64,000 nucleotides of DNA from a bacterium (GTDB lineage: Bacteria; UBA8248; JACPRG01; G963555815), in assembly GCA_963555815.3 (NCBI GenBank), contig CAUVWX020000001.1, forward strand, positions 988,633 through 1,052,632, given 5' to 3'. A program made the position numbers and the translations under genes. The notes under the pieces were generated by a model. It made no database searches. It was given only the letters and a program-made list of their open reading frames with translations, and was not told where the DNA came from. Shown one piece after another: positions 19,385 to 27,910 of the stretch (within the stretch, counting starts at the first letter, position 1; every line of letters starts with the position of its first letter).

Positions 19385-19900
19385 CTAGAAGGACGAGCAA
19401 TCCTTTTGTCCCTCACCGAATATGTTGATCAGGGCCTTTGTATCTATTTTACTATCGCTGGCTTCCTTGAAGACATTAACGACCGTATCGAAGAGCAGGG
19501 AAGACTCAGGGACCCCGATGCTCTCCGCCTGTGTTTTCGCCAACGAGAAGTCGGCATGGGCGCACCTGTAATTGCTCAGCTCAGCGTGGATATATCCGCG
19601 TCTCAGATGGGCTACCGCCAGACTGACGCTGACACTCTCGAGCCAGTCTCCCTTGTCCACGTAGCGAGTTTGTCCATAATAACTTGTCCTCGCCTCTTCA
19701 AAGGTTTCGATGGCTTTCGTGAACTCGGCCCCCGCCTCCTCGAGACGATTCTGCTCCAGATGCGCGTCGCCAGACTGTCCGTGGACCGTGCCGAGGTCCG
19801 AGATTTCGAGAAACTTGGGCCCTGCGCAGCCCGCCAAAACGAAGATCCCGATCGCAAGTGCCGGCGGCCAGCGACGGCCGGAACGAACAGTCCTCGACAT
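19385..19900 (-). CDS. Putative lipoprotein (TPR-like helical protein)
   Basis: The track ORF was trimmed to the ATG at 19900 (MSRTVRSGRRWPPALAIGIFVLAGCAGP), which carries the lipobox LAGC. This start abuts the nifS-like stop at 19902. Confidence 0.6.
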   Translation of the reverse strand: MSRTVRSGRRWPPALAIGIFVLAGCAGPKFLEISDLGTVHGQSGDAHLEQNRLEEAGAEFTKAIETFEEARTSYYGQTRYVDKGDWLESVSVSLAVAHLRRGYIHAELSNYRCAHADFSLAKTQAESIGVPESSLLFDTVVNVFKEASDSKIDTKALINIFGEGQKDCSSF

Positions 19901-19901
19901 T

Positions 19902-21104
19902 TCAGCCGCTCCTTCCACCCGGCTTTGAGGCAGAGAGCTTCTCAGCATCCCAGGTGGCCGAGATGGCCCGAAGGCGCTCCACGATGGGCGGGAGAATCTC
20001 GATCACGCGGTCCACTTCCTCCTCGGTGTTGCTGTGGCCCAGGCTGAAGCGCAGGGAACCCTGGATCATGTCCTCTGGGGTGCCCATGGCGACGAGGACG
20101 TGGGAAGGCTCGGTGTTCCCCGACGCGCAGGCGGCACCTGTGGAGGCGGCCACCCCCTGAAGGTCCAGGTTGATGAGAAGGGGCTCTCCCTCGACTCCCC
20201 TAAAACTCATGTTGAGGGTCCCTGGAAGGCGCTTTTCAGGGTCACCGTTGATCTGGGTCTCCGGGATGTTTTCAAGAAGCCCCTCTTGAAGGCGGTCCCG
20301 AAGCGTGGACGTTCTCTTTCCCTCTTCTTCCATGTCCCCGAGGGCCAGCTCGCAGGCCTTCCCGAGGCCGATGATCCCAGCCACGTTCTCGGTCCCGCAC
20401 CTTCGGTTTCTCTCCTGGTGCCCCCCTGTTATGAGGGCCTCACAGGGGGTTCCCTCCCGGACATAGAGGGCGCCGACCCCCTTGGGGGCGTTGAGCTTAT
20501 GACCCGAGAGGGCCAAGAGGTCTACCTGAAGGTCATCCACCTGGGTGGGGAGCTTCCCCGCCGTCTGGACGGCGTCCGTATGAAAGAGGACTCGCCGCTC
20601 CCCGGCGGTGGCGATCCGGCCGATCTCTGAAATCGGCTGAGCGCAGCCGGTCTCGTTATTTCCGTGCATGACGCTGATGAGGGCGGTATCTTCCCGGACG
20701 GCCTTTGCCACGTCGTCGGGGTCCACGACACCCGAAAGACCCACAGGGACATAGGTGACCTCGACACCCCGGGTCTCCAGATATCGGCAGGTGTCCAGGA
20801 CAGCCGGGTGCTCGATCTGAGAGGTTACGATGTGGCGTTGGCCCCCGTTGGCGGAGAGGACGCCCCGCAGGGCCATGTTGTCGGCTTCCGTCCCGCAGCT
20901 TGTGAAGACGATCTCCCGAGATCTTGCCCCCAGAAGGGCCGCCACTTTCTCCCTGGCCTCCTCGACGGCGACCCGGATCCCCTGGCCGAAGGAGTGGACG
21001 CTCGAAGGGTTCCCGAACTCCTCTCCGTAATAGGGGAGGAGGGCCTCCAGGACCTCGGGCCGGAGGGGGGTCGTCGCGTTATGGTCCATGTAGATCCGCC
21101 GCAT
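19902..21104 (-). CDS. nifS: Cysteine desulfurase (NifS/IscS class-V aminotransferase family)
   Basis: 400 aa with MDHNATTP, SGHKLNAPKGVGALYVR (PLP Lys) and the active-site loop SSGAACASG. Confidence 0.9.
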   Translation of the reverse strand: MRRIYMDHNATTPLRPEVLEALLPYYGEEFGNPSSVHSFGQGIRVAVEEAREKVAALLGARSREIVFTSCGTEADNMALRGVLSANGGQRHIVTSQIEHPAVLDTCRYLETRGVEVTYVPVGLSGVVDPDDVAKAVREDTALISVMHGNNETGCAQPISEIGRIATAGERRVLFHTDAVQTAGKLPTQVDDLQVDLLALSGHKLNAPKGVGALYVREGTPCEALITGGHQERNRRCGTENVAGIIGLGKACELALGDMEEEGKRTSTLRDRLQEGLLENIPETQINGDPEKRLPGTLNMSFRGVEGEPLLINLDLQGVAASTGAACASGNTEPSHVLVAMGTPEDMIQGSLRFSLGHSNTEEEVDRVIEILPPIVERLRAISATWDAEKLSASKPGGRSG

Positions 21105-21146
21105 ATTTAGTTCCTTGGAACGTTTTTCAAGCCGAGCGGGATCTCT

Positions 21147-21563
21147 CTATCTCATGGTTGCGCTGAGGGCTTTGGACGCTCGGCCCACATCCTTCGGCTT
21201 TACCCAGAAGACAGCGCTGTACTGGCCCCACTTCGCCGAAAGGGCGGTCACCGCCGTGATGTTGATCTTGGCCTTGGCGACCTTGTCCAGCATATCCGCC
21301 AGGACGCCGATGCGATCGTATCCCGTGACAAAAAAAGCCTTCTTCTTCTTAAGCTTCAACTTGGCCTTGCGGGCTGCCTTCATGAATGCCGTCCCGTTCT
21401 CGGGCACGATGTCCACTTGCCAGCGCCGGGCCTCTGGAAAGGCGTGAACGGCGAGGAGATTAACGCCCGCGTCCCGAAAGACGGACAGAACCCTGACCCC
21501 TTCACCCGGTTTGTCGGGGGAAGTCAGATAGTAGTAGTCCACAACCTGCACTGTCTCAGCCAT
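21147..21563 (-). CDS. ACT-domain-like small protein (hypothetical)
   Basis: 138 aa made of two repeats of about 65 aa with an ACT-like pattern (GVRVLSVFRDAGVNLLAV; GVLADMLDKVAKAKINITAV). Confidence 0.5.
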   Translation of the reverse strand: MAETVQVVDYYYLTSPDKPGEGVRVLSVFRDAGVNLLAVHAFPEARRWQVDIVPENGTAFMKAARKAKLKLKKKKAFFVTGYDRIGVLADMLDKVAKAKINITAVTALSAKWGQYSAVFWVKPKDVGRASKALSATMR

Positions 21564-21644
21564 GGCTTGTCTCCTTTGCGCCGTATCTCCCTCTTCAGAG
21601 TCCCTCCCAGGGCATACAACTACTATGGAACCATATCACGGTAT

Positions 21645-22715
21645 TTAGCTCTTTTTACACTTTCCTCGGACCCGCTCTACGCCGGCCACCATGTTTCGAA
21701 GCTTCTCGCGCGCCAGCCAGCGGGGGACAAAGCGGAAACCGCAGTCAGGGCTCACCCAGAGGCGGTCCGGGGCAATAAATTCCAGGGCCCGCCGGACCCG
21801 CTCGGCCACGTCTTCGGGCCTCTCCACATAGTAGGATTTGACGTCGATGAGGCCCGCCACAATCTCCTTGTCGGGAGGAAACTCTCTGAGAAGCTCCAGC
21901 TCAGCGAGCTCCCGATTGCCAAATTCGATGGCGAGGGCATCGGCCCGAAGGTCAAAAAGGGCTGGCAAGAGAGGGCGATAGGTCCGCTTGCTGCGGTGTA
22001 GTGAGTAATAGCTCCCGAAACAGAAGTGGACCGTGATGTGGGCCTTCACGCCCTCGATGGCCTCATTGAGGAGGGACACGGCCTGGGCGGGTTCGATCCG
22101 GAGCGAGGGAGAGCTCGGGTATCTGTGGGGCTCTTCTGAGGTGACGCGCGTCAGGGCGGGCTCGTCCACCTGGAGCCACTCCGCCCCGTCCTCGACAAGC
22201 CCTTTGAGCTCGCGGTTGATGACGGCGGCGACTTCTCTCGCAATTTTAATCACTTCCGCCGTGCTCTCTCCCCCCACAGGCGGAAGCCTGGGCAGGAGGG
22301 TAAGGGGTCCCGGACAGCCCACCTTGAGGGGTTTTAAGGCGAGCGGCCTGGCCCGGCGGAACTCTTCTCGGATGCCAAGGCCCTGGGGGGCGTCGATCCG
22401 GCCCTCCAGATAGTAGACGGGCATGGTGTCGTAGCCGGGTGGGCCTGCCTTTCGAAAGGGGGGTTCTTTTCGGATAGCGCCCAGGCGCTCGTAGAAGGAG
22501 AGGGTAAAACCCTCCCGGCGCATCTCGCCATCGGTGATGAGGTCTACCCCGGCCTCTTCCTGGTCCTGGATGGCCATCCGAACGGCGTCGTCGAGGGTTT
22601 CACCGAAATCCCCCGCTCCGAAGGCGCCAGCGCGGACCTGCTCTTTGGCGGCCCAGAGCCAGGGCGGACGCCCATAGCTCCCGATGACGGTGGTGCGAAG
22701 GAGACGATTCATCAA
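21645..22715 (-). CDS. Cobalamin-independent methionine synthase catalytic-domain protein (short MetE-like)
   Basis: 356 aa. TTVIGSYGRP, ITDGEMRR and a C-terminal SPDCGF match the Meth_synt_2 family. Confidence 0.8.
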   Translation of the reverse strand: MMNRLLRTTVIGSYGRPPWLWAAKEQVRAGAFGAGDFGETLDDAVRMAIQDQEEAGVDLITDGEMRREGFTLSFYERLGAIRKEPPFRKAGPPGYDTMPVYYLEGRIDAPQGLGIREEFRRARPLALKPLKVGCPGPLTLLPRLPPVGGESTAEVIKIAREVAAVINRELKGLVEDGAEWLQVDEPALTRVTSEEPHRYPSSPSLRIEPAQAVSLLNEAIEGVKAHITVHFCFGSYYSLHRSKRTYRPLLPALFDLRADALAIEFGNRELAELELLREFPPDKEIVAGLIDVKSYYVERPEDVAERVRRALEFIAPDRLWVSPDCGFRFVPRWLAREKLRNMVAGVERVRGKCKKS

Positions 22716-22830
22716 GGTCTCCGGACTGGAAGATAGATTCGAATCTGCATGATATCATGGCCCCAACCCCTTCTAAGGGTGCAGTTCCCCGTTGACCCGG
22801 CCCAGGGGATGGACTAAATGATTTAGTCAG

Positions 22831-23841
22831 ATGGGCGGCGGAGTGATTTCCCTCTGGCGGGTTGGGAGACCTTTCGCTGGCAAATCCGGTCTTCAGGGAG
22901 GTTTAGGATTGGCCACGACAGCCACTGTTCAAGAGAATTTTAGGGCCTACGTTCGGACCAAGAAGACGGAATCTCCGACTCCCGTCGAGTTCAAGTCGGG
23001 CGAGGTGGTGAATATCCTCGAGGTGTGGGAGGGGGAACTCTGTCTCATCAAGAACAAAGATGGGAAGGCCTTCAATATCCGAAAGGCCCTCCTGAACAAA
23101 GACGCCTTTGAGACCAAAGGCCCCAAGGAGGAGGCGAAGGGGAGAAGAAAGCGTTCGACTGCGATGGCGGAGGTGATGGAGCTTTCAGTCCTTCGACCGG
23201 AGTTGGACAGGGTCCGGGGGATAGATTCTCCCCGTGGAGAAGCGACTCGCCGCTCTCTTGTCCGGACCACCTCGGCCTTCTTCCACAACCCGGTTGGCCT
23301 GGGTCTGACGGCATTTGTTGTCCTTTTGGGGATCTACCTCGGCTGGATCAACCTCGGAAAGATGATGAACGAGACTCCTTCAGCCCGGCTGGCGGCATCT
23401 GTTATCTCTGCGGGGACCCTGTATGAGCCGGGGCACTTCGAGCCTCCCTACTATGCCCTCAAAGTGGCTGTAGACGGCTCAGAGGGCGAGGTCTTCGTCG
23501 AGAATTCTTTCTATAAGAGGATCGTCCTCACCCTGAAGGTGCCGGGTCATCGGGATCAACCCCTCGTCACGGCTCAGGAAGCCCTCTGGGAGAGCAACCG
23601 GTTCCTTTCGAGCCACATCTACAATGAATATGTGGACGTGGGAGCCGACGGGACCGTGGACCAGTTCGTCCAGGTGAAGGAATTCCGGAGCGACACCAAA
23701 AAGCTTGTGGCCGCCTTCCGAAGGGCGTTTCCCATGGGGGCGGTCCAGGCCGAGGGCTATCAAGAGGCGGTCCAACAGGCCCTGAGGGCCCTGGCCGAAG
23801 CTCAGATAGAGCCGGAGGGCGAAGTTCCCCTTGCCCAATAG
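22831..23841 (+). CDS. Hypothetical membrane protein with N-terminal SH3-like segment
   Basis: 336-aa ORF with an SH3-like stretch (EFKSGEVVNILEVWEGELCLIKNKDGKAFNIRKALL) and one TM helix (GLGLTAFVVLLGIYLGWI). No family was recognised and the start is uncertain. Confidence 0.5.
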   Translation: MGGGVISLWRVGRPFAGKSGLQGGLGLATTATVQENFRAYVRTKKTESPTPVEFKSGEVVNILEVWEGELCLIKNKDGKAFNIRKALLNKDAFETKGPKEEAKGRRKRSTAMAEVMELSVLRPELDRVRGIDSPRGEATRRSLVRTTSAFFHNPVGLGLTAFVVLLGIYLGWINLGKMMNETPSARLAASVISAGTLYEPGHFEPPYYALKVAVDGSEGEVFVENSFYKRIVLTLKVPGHRDQPLVTAQEALWESNRFLSSHIYNEYVDVGADGTVDQFVQVKEFRSDTKKLVAAFRRAFPMGAVQAEGYQEAVQQALRALAEAQIEPEGEVPLAQ

Positions 23842-23860
23842 GGTGCGATGTCGACCACAT

Positions 23861-23888
23861 CATCCACCGTCATCCACCGTCATCCACG
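23861..23888. repeat. 10-bp tandem repeat CATCCACCGT x2.8
   Basis: Read directly as catccaccgt catccaccgt catccacg, in the intergenic region before thiI. Confidence 0.9.
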
Positions 23889-23939
23889 TTGATGAGCGGG
23901 ATCAGGGCCTTTGTGAAGGCCCGCTAACATAGTGAATCT

Positions 23940-25160
23940 ATGCGCTGCGCTGTCGTCCACTATCACGAGATCGCCCTCAAGGGGAAAAACCGTCCCTTCT
24001 ATGTAAACACCCTCCTTCAAAACCTCAAAAGAGCGACGGCAGACCTCGGCATCGAGAACCTCCGAAAGGCGATGGGAAGGGCGATTTTGGAGCTTCCGGA
24101 AGGGGTTCCCCTGAAGACGCTGGCTGAGCGGCTTTCGACGACCTTCGGTGTCGCCAACTTTTCTGTCGGTGAGAGCGCCCCCCTCGACCTTGAGGCCATT
24201 AAAGAGCGGGTGGGCCGGGCGGTGGAGGAGTGGCGCGAGGCAGGTCACCTCTTTGAGACCTTCCGCATCTCAACCCGCCGGAGTTTTAAGCAGTTCCCCC
24301 TTCAGTCCCCCCAGATCAACCATGAGGTGGGGGGATACCTCAAGGCGCGGACCGGGGCTGGCGTCAACCTCAAGCATCCCGACCTCACCGTGTATATTGA
24401 GATTGTGCCCAAGGAGGCCTTCTTCTACTTCGACAAGCTTCCTGGCCCGGGGGGCCTTCCGGTCGGGGTGAGCGGGCGGGTAGTCTCGCTCCTCTCTGGC
24501 GGGATTGATTCCCCTGTCGCCTCCTACCGGATGCTCCAGCGGGGGTGCGAGCTTATCTTCGTCCATTTCCACGGCCATCCCTTTGTCTCCAAGGCCTCGG
24601 CTGAGAAGGCGGAAGAGCTGGCTGACACCCTGACGCGCCACCAGTACCACTCCCTCCTCTACCTCATTCCCTTCGGGCCCATCCAGCGCCAGGTGGTCCT
24701 GTCGGTGGAGTCGCGCCTTCGAGTCGTCCTCTATCGGCGTCTGATGGTGCGGATCGCGGAGGCGATGGCCCGCCGCCACGAAGCCGCCGCTCTTGTCACG
24801 GGGGAGAGCCTGGGGCAGGTGGCCTCTCAGAGTCTCCAGAACATCTCCGTCATCCAGGGGGCGGCGCAACTTCCCATCCTTCGGCCCCTCGTCGGGATGG
24901 ACAAGCAGGAGATCTCAGACCAAGCCATGCGGATCGGGACTTATGAGATTTCCATTCAGCCCGACCAGGACTGCTGCCAGCTCTTCATCCCCCCCCACCC
25001 GGCCACCCGAACGACGTTGGAGGAGGTGGAGACGGCGGAGCGGGCCCTGGATCTTCCGGCCCTTGTTCAAGAAGGAGTGGAGGGGGCCGAGCAAAAGACC
25101 TTCGATTTCCCGCCAGGGGTTGTCCCCGCTTATAGATCAAAGCCCCCGCTGTCTTCCTGA
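23940..25160 (+). CDS. thiI: tRNA 4-thiouridine synthase / sulfur carrier ThiI (THUMP + PP-loop)
   Basis: 406 aa with the PP-loop LLSGGIDSPVA and a ThiI-type N-terminal ferredoxin-like/THUMP region (VVHYHEIALKGKNR). Confidence 0.88.
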   Translation: MRCAVVHYHEIALKGKNRPFYVNTLLQNLKRATADLGIENLRKAMGRAILELPEGVPLKTLAERLSTTFGVANFSVGESAPLDLEAIKERVGRAVEEWREAGHLFETFRISTRRSFKQFPLQSPQINHEVGGYLKARTGAGVNLKHPDLTVYIEIVPKEAFFYFDKLPGPGGLPVGVSGRVVSLLSGGIDSPVASYRMLQRGCELIFVHFHGHPFVSKASAEKAEELADTLTRHQYHSLLYLIPFGPIQRQVVLSVESRLRVVLYRRLMVRIAEAMARRHEAAALVTGESLGQVASQSLQNISVIQGAAQLPILRPLVGMDKQEISDQAMRIGTYEISIQPDQDCCQLFIPPHPATRTTLEEVETAERALDLPALVQEGVEGAEQKTFDFPPGVVPAYRSKPPLSS

Positions 25161-25475
25161 AAATCGCGCTGATTCCTGAAGATGTTTATGGGCTTGGGCA
25201 GGAAATGTCAGGGAAGAGGTGTTGCGTCCTTTCGGCCGCAGGTGACCCACCTTAGAGACCACCTCAGTCAATCCACAAATATGAAGGAGACCCTCGGATT
25301 CCGAGGGTCTCCTGTCTCCTCTTATCACGAGAGGTGTTCAGTGGGTGGCTCAACTCCGGCCGCGAAGGAACGCCATAGACTCCCGATTTAGGGCCACGTA
25401 GGAGACCCCGAGAACCCCGCCAAAGACGAGGTGCCAGGTGAGGCTCGGGAGGGTCGCCGAGACGGATGCGGCGCT

Positions 25476-25784
25476 TCACTGAATTCCCATTCCGAGCCCG
25501 AGGGGCATGAGCGTCAGGGGTCCCAGGAACCACCAGACAAACCCGTAAACGAGCCCCAACAGAAGCCCCGTCGTGGTCACACCTGCCCATCGGGAGAAGA
25601 AGAAACCAAAGCTTCCGCCGATGATGGTGCTGTTGACCATGTGCACGAGAAAGCCAACTCCTGCCGAAGAGCTCCCCACCAGCTTTGCAATCGTCGGAAG
25701 GGTCCCCTGCTCGGCCATCCACAGGCCAAAGACGAGACCACCAAAGAGACCGCCGATTGCTCCTTTTATCACCTTATCAATCAT
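25476..25784 (-). CDS. Small multi-pass membrane protein (possibly continues through TGA to 25350)
   Basis: 102 aa with three hydrophobic helices. The stop is TGA at 25476-25478, and the same frame stays open for 41 more codons encoding a fourth helix-like segment (LTWHLVFGGVLGVSYVAL). Confidence 0.6.
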   Translation of the reverse strand: MIDKVIKGAIGGLFGGLVFGLWMAEQGTLPTIAKLVGSSSAGVGFLVHMVNSTIIGGSFGFFFSRWAGVTTTGLLLGLVYGFVWWFLGPLTLMPLGLGMGIQ

Positions 25785-25992
25785 TTCCTTCTTCTCCTCT
25801 CTGAGTGCAGAGCCATTTCTCAGTGCGAGTACCCTTCATCTGATCAGACCGCTCAGAGAGGAAAAAGATTCACAGGAAAAGCTGAATCCTTTTGAACCGG
25901 GCGGGGGTCTAATAAACAGGACAGATAGGGGGTCTTCAGGGAGTATTTTCTCTTCAAATAGGCCAGGCCCCAGGCAGAAGGGAGTGACGGCA

Positions 25993-27511
25993 GTGAAGGC
26001 AACTATCCGGTTGAAAAAGCAGGGCGGGACAGTCCGGGAGTTCCGTGCCGAGAAGGTTGAGATCGGCGCTTCAGAGGACTGCGACGTCCGGTTCGACTCG
26101 GAGATTTATCCCAGCGTCTCTAAACGACACGCCACCCTCGCCTTCGAGTGTGGTCTCTATGTCCTCTACGACAACGAGTCTGCTCGGGGCACCTTCGTCA
26201 ACGGGCGGCGGGTTTCCCTCGCGAGGCTCCGAAATGGGGACGAGATCCAGCTCGGACGGGGCGGTCCGAGCCTTCTCTTTGAGGGAGAGTCCATGGCCGT
26301 CTCCCGGTTGAAATTCGTCACCGGCCAGTGCCGGGTCAACTCGAAGATGCTTCAGGCGATGGTCCAGAACTCGTTGGAGGCGGTGGCGACGGGGAAAGTG
26401 AAGGACCGGAATGAGGTCGCAGGCTTTGTCCAGGAGGTCATGAAGCGGGCGAAGATCCAGCACTCGATCCGTCTCCTCGCAGGAACAGTTTCGGGATTTC
26501 TTCTCCTGGGTCTCTCGGTGGCGGGGGTTTTTCTGTGGGCGGGGGACTCCCTGAGAGACTTGGAGGAGAGGACGACATATCAGGTGGAGGCCACGCGCCA
26601 GCGTGAGGCCGAGTGGGTGGAGGCCTTGGCTGGCCGGGAGAGAGATCTGCGCATCCAGGTCGAGAATCTGACGGCCCAGTTGACCCAAACGAAGGTCGCC
26701 GCCTCGATAGACGCCAGGACAGTGGAAGACACCCTGAGGCATTTCAGAAGGGACCTGACGCAGACCCTCAAAGAAAACCCGCGGGATTTCGTCTCCGTGG
26801 CTGAGCGAAACCAGAGGGCGGTGGTGCTTATCCGCCACGTCTACCGGGTCGTCAACCCGGAGACGGGCTGCCTCGTCCGGTTTGTCGGTCGTCAGCCTGA
26901 CGGAAGCCCCCTCTTCGGCGAGGGCCTGGAGGGTGTCCTCGCAACCCGCGTCGTTCAGGGAACAGGCTTCGTCGTAGACCGCCAGGGGGTAATCCTAACG
27001 AACCGCCATGTGGCAGAACCCTGGGGGAATGATGAGCAACTTTTGAGGCTTGGATGGTCAGGGAGAGAGCCACCATCTGACCGTCACCTTTGCCGACACC
27101 GAGCGGGAACTTCCCGCCCGGCTCCTTCAGGTCTCACAGGAGGAGGACGTTGCGGCCTTGCAGATTCGGCCTTTTGCCGGGATGCCGGTGGTCCAGGGCA
27201 TCGAGTCTGACCCAGAAAAACTCCGCCAGGGACAGCGGATCGCCATCATCGGGTTCCCCGGCGGTGTCGAAACGAATGGGAGGACCATCACCTCCCTTAC
27301 CACGGGTGTTATCAGCAAGGCCAGCTTCAACAAGGAGCTCCAGTTCGACGCGGCCGTGAACCCTGGCAACAGCGGGGGCCCCATCTTCAACGAGCGGGGA
27401 GAGGTGATCGGCCTCGTCTACGGGGTCGGCGTGGACCGCGAGGGCGGCCGCCTCCACGGGGTCTACTATGGCGTCCCCATCCGGTTCACCGCGGGCCTTG
27501 CCGGGGGCTGA
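25993..27511 (+). pseudogene. FHA domain - TM - coiled coil - trypsin-like serine protease protein, paralog 1, frame-disrupted near 27063-27069
   Basis: The GTG at 25993 follows AAGGGAG. It has an FHA motif (YPSVSKRHATLAFE..YVLYDNESARGTFVNG) and a protease C-terminus (DAAVNPGNSGGPIF). Frame 1 (track 25573-27210) changes to frame 2 (track 27050-27511) within GGGAGAGAGCC, as judged against paralog 2. Confidence 0.75.
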
Positions 27512-27845
27512 AAAACTCCCTTCTCAAGGCCCCATTCACAGCGTTTAGGGTTCCTCCCAAAGAGCCGTCTCAAGCACCTGCCATCTACTCAGTATTTGAA
27601 GATCTTCTCTCCTTCCAGACGCTTAATTTTGATCCCCATTTCAATCGTAGGTTAGAACCGTTTTTATTTATAAATCAAATAGATAGTTCGGTGTGTGGAG
27701 ACGGGGTGATCGCTGGCAGGGGGCCTGGAAATTGAATACCCGACTAAATCGGCCTATATTATCTATATAAGACCCATAGAAGGGGGTTTTGCCGATGCCA
27801 CGGAAGTTGCTGAGGCACCCCATGGGGGTTCATGTTGAGAATTGA

Positions 27846-27858
27846 GGGGGGGGGGGGG
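27846..27858. repeat. Homopolymeric G13 tract
   Basis: Read directly as attgaGGGGGGGGGGGGGttc, 53 nt upstream of the paralog 2 ATG at 27911 and at the edge of an AT-rich intergenic island. Confidence 0.95.
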
Positions 27859-27910
27859 TTCAGATCTCGCCCTTTTCATGGCGGGACATCCCCCCGGTCT
27901 GGAGAAGGCG

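Noticed and set aside
25573-25992. N-terminal 140 aa of the 545-aa track ORF
   Set aside because: It overlaps the small membrane-protein gene in antisense. Homology to paralog 2 begins only at VKATIRLKKQGG (GTG 25993, which has an SD).
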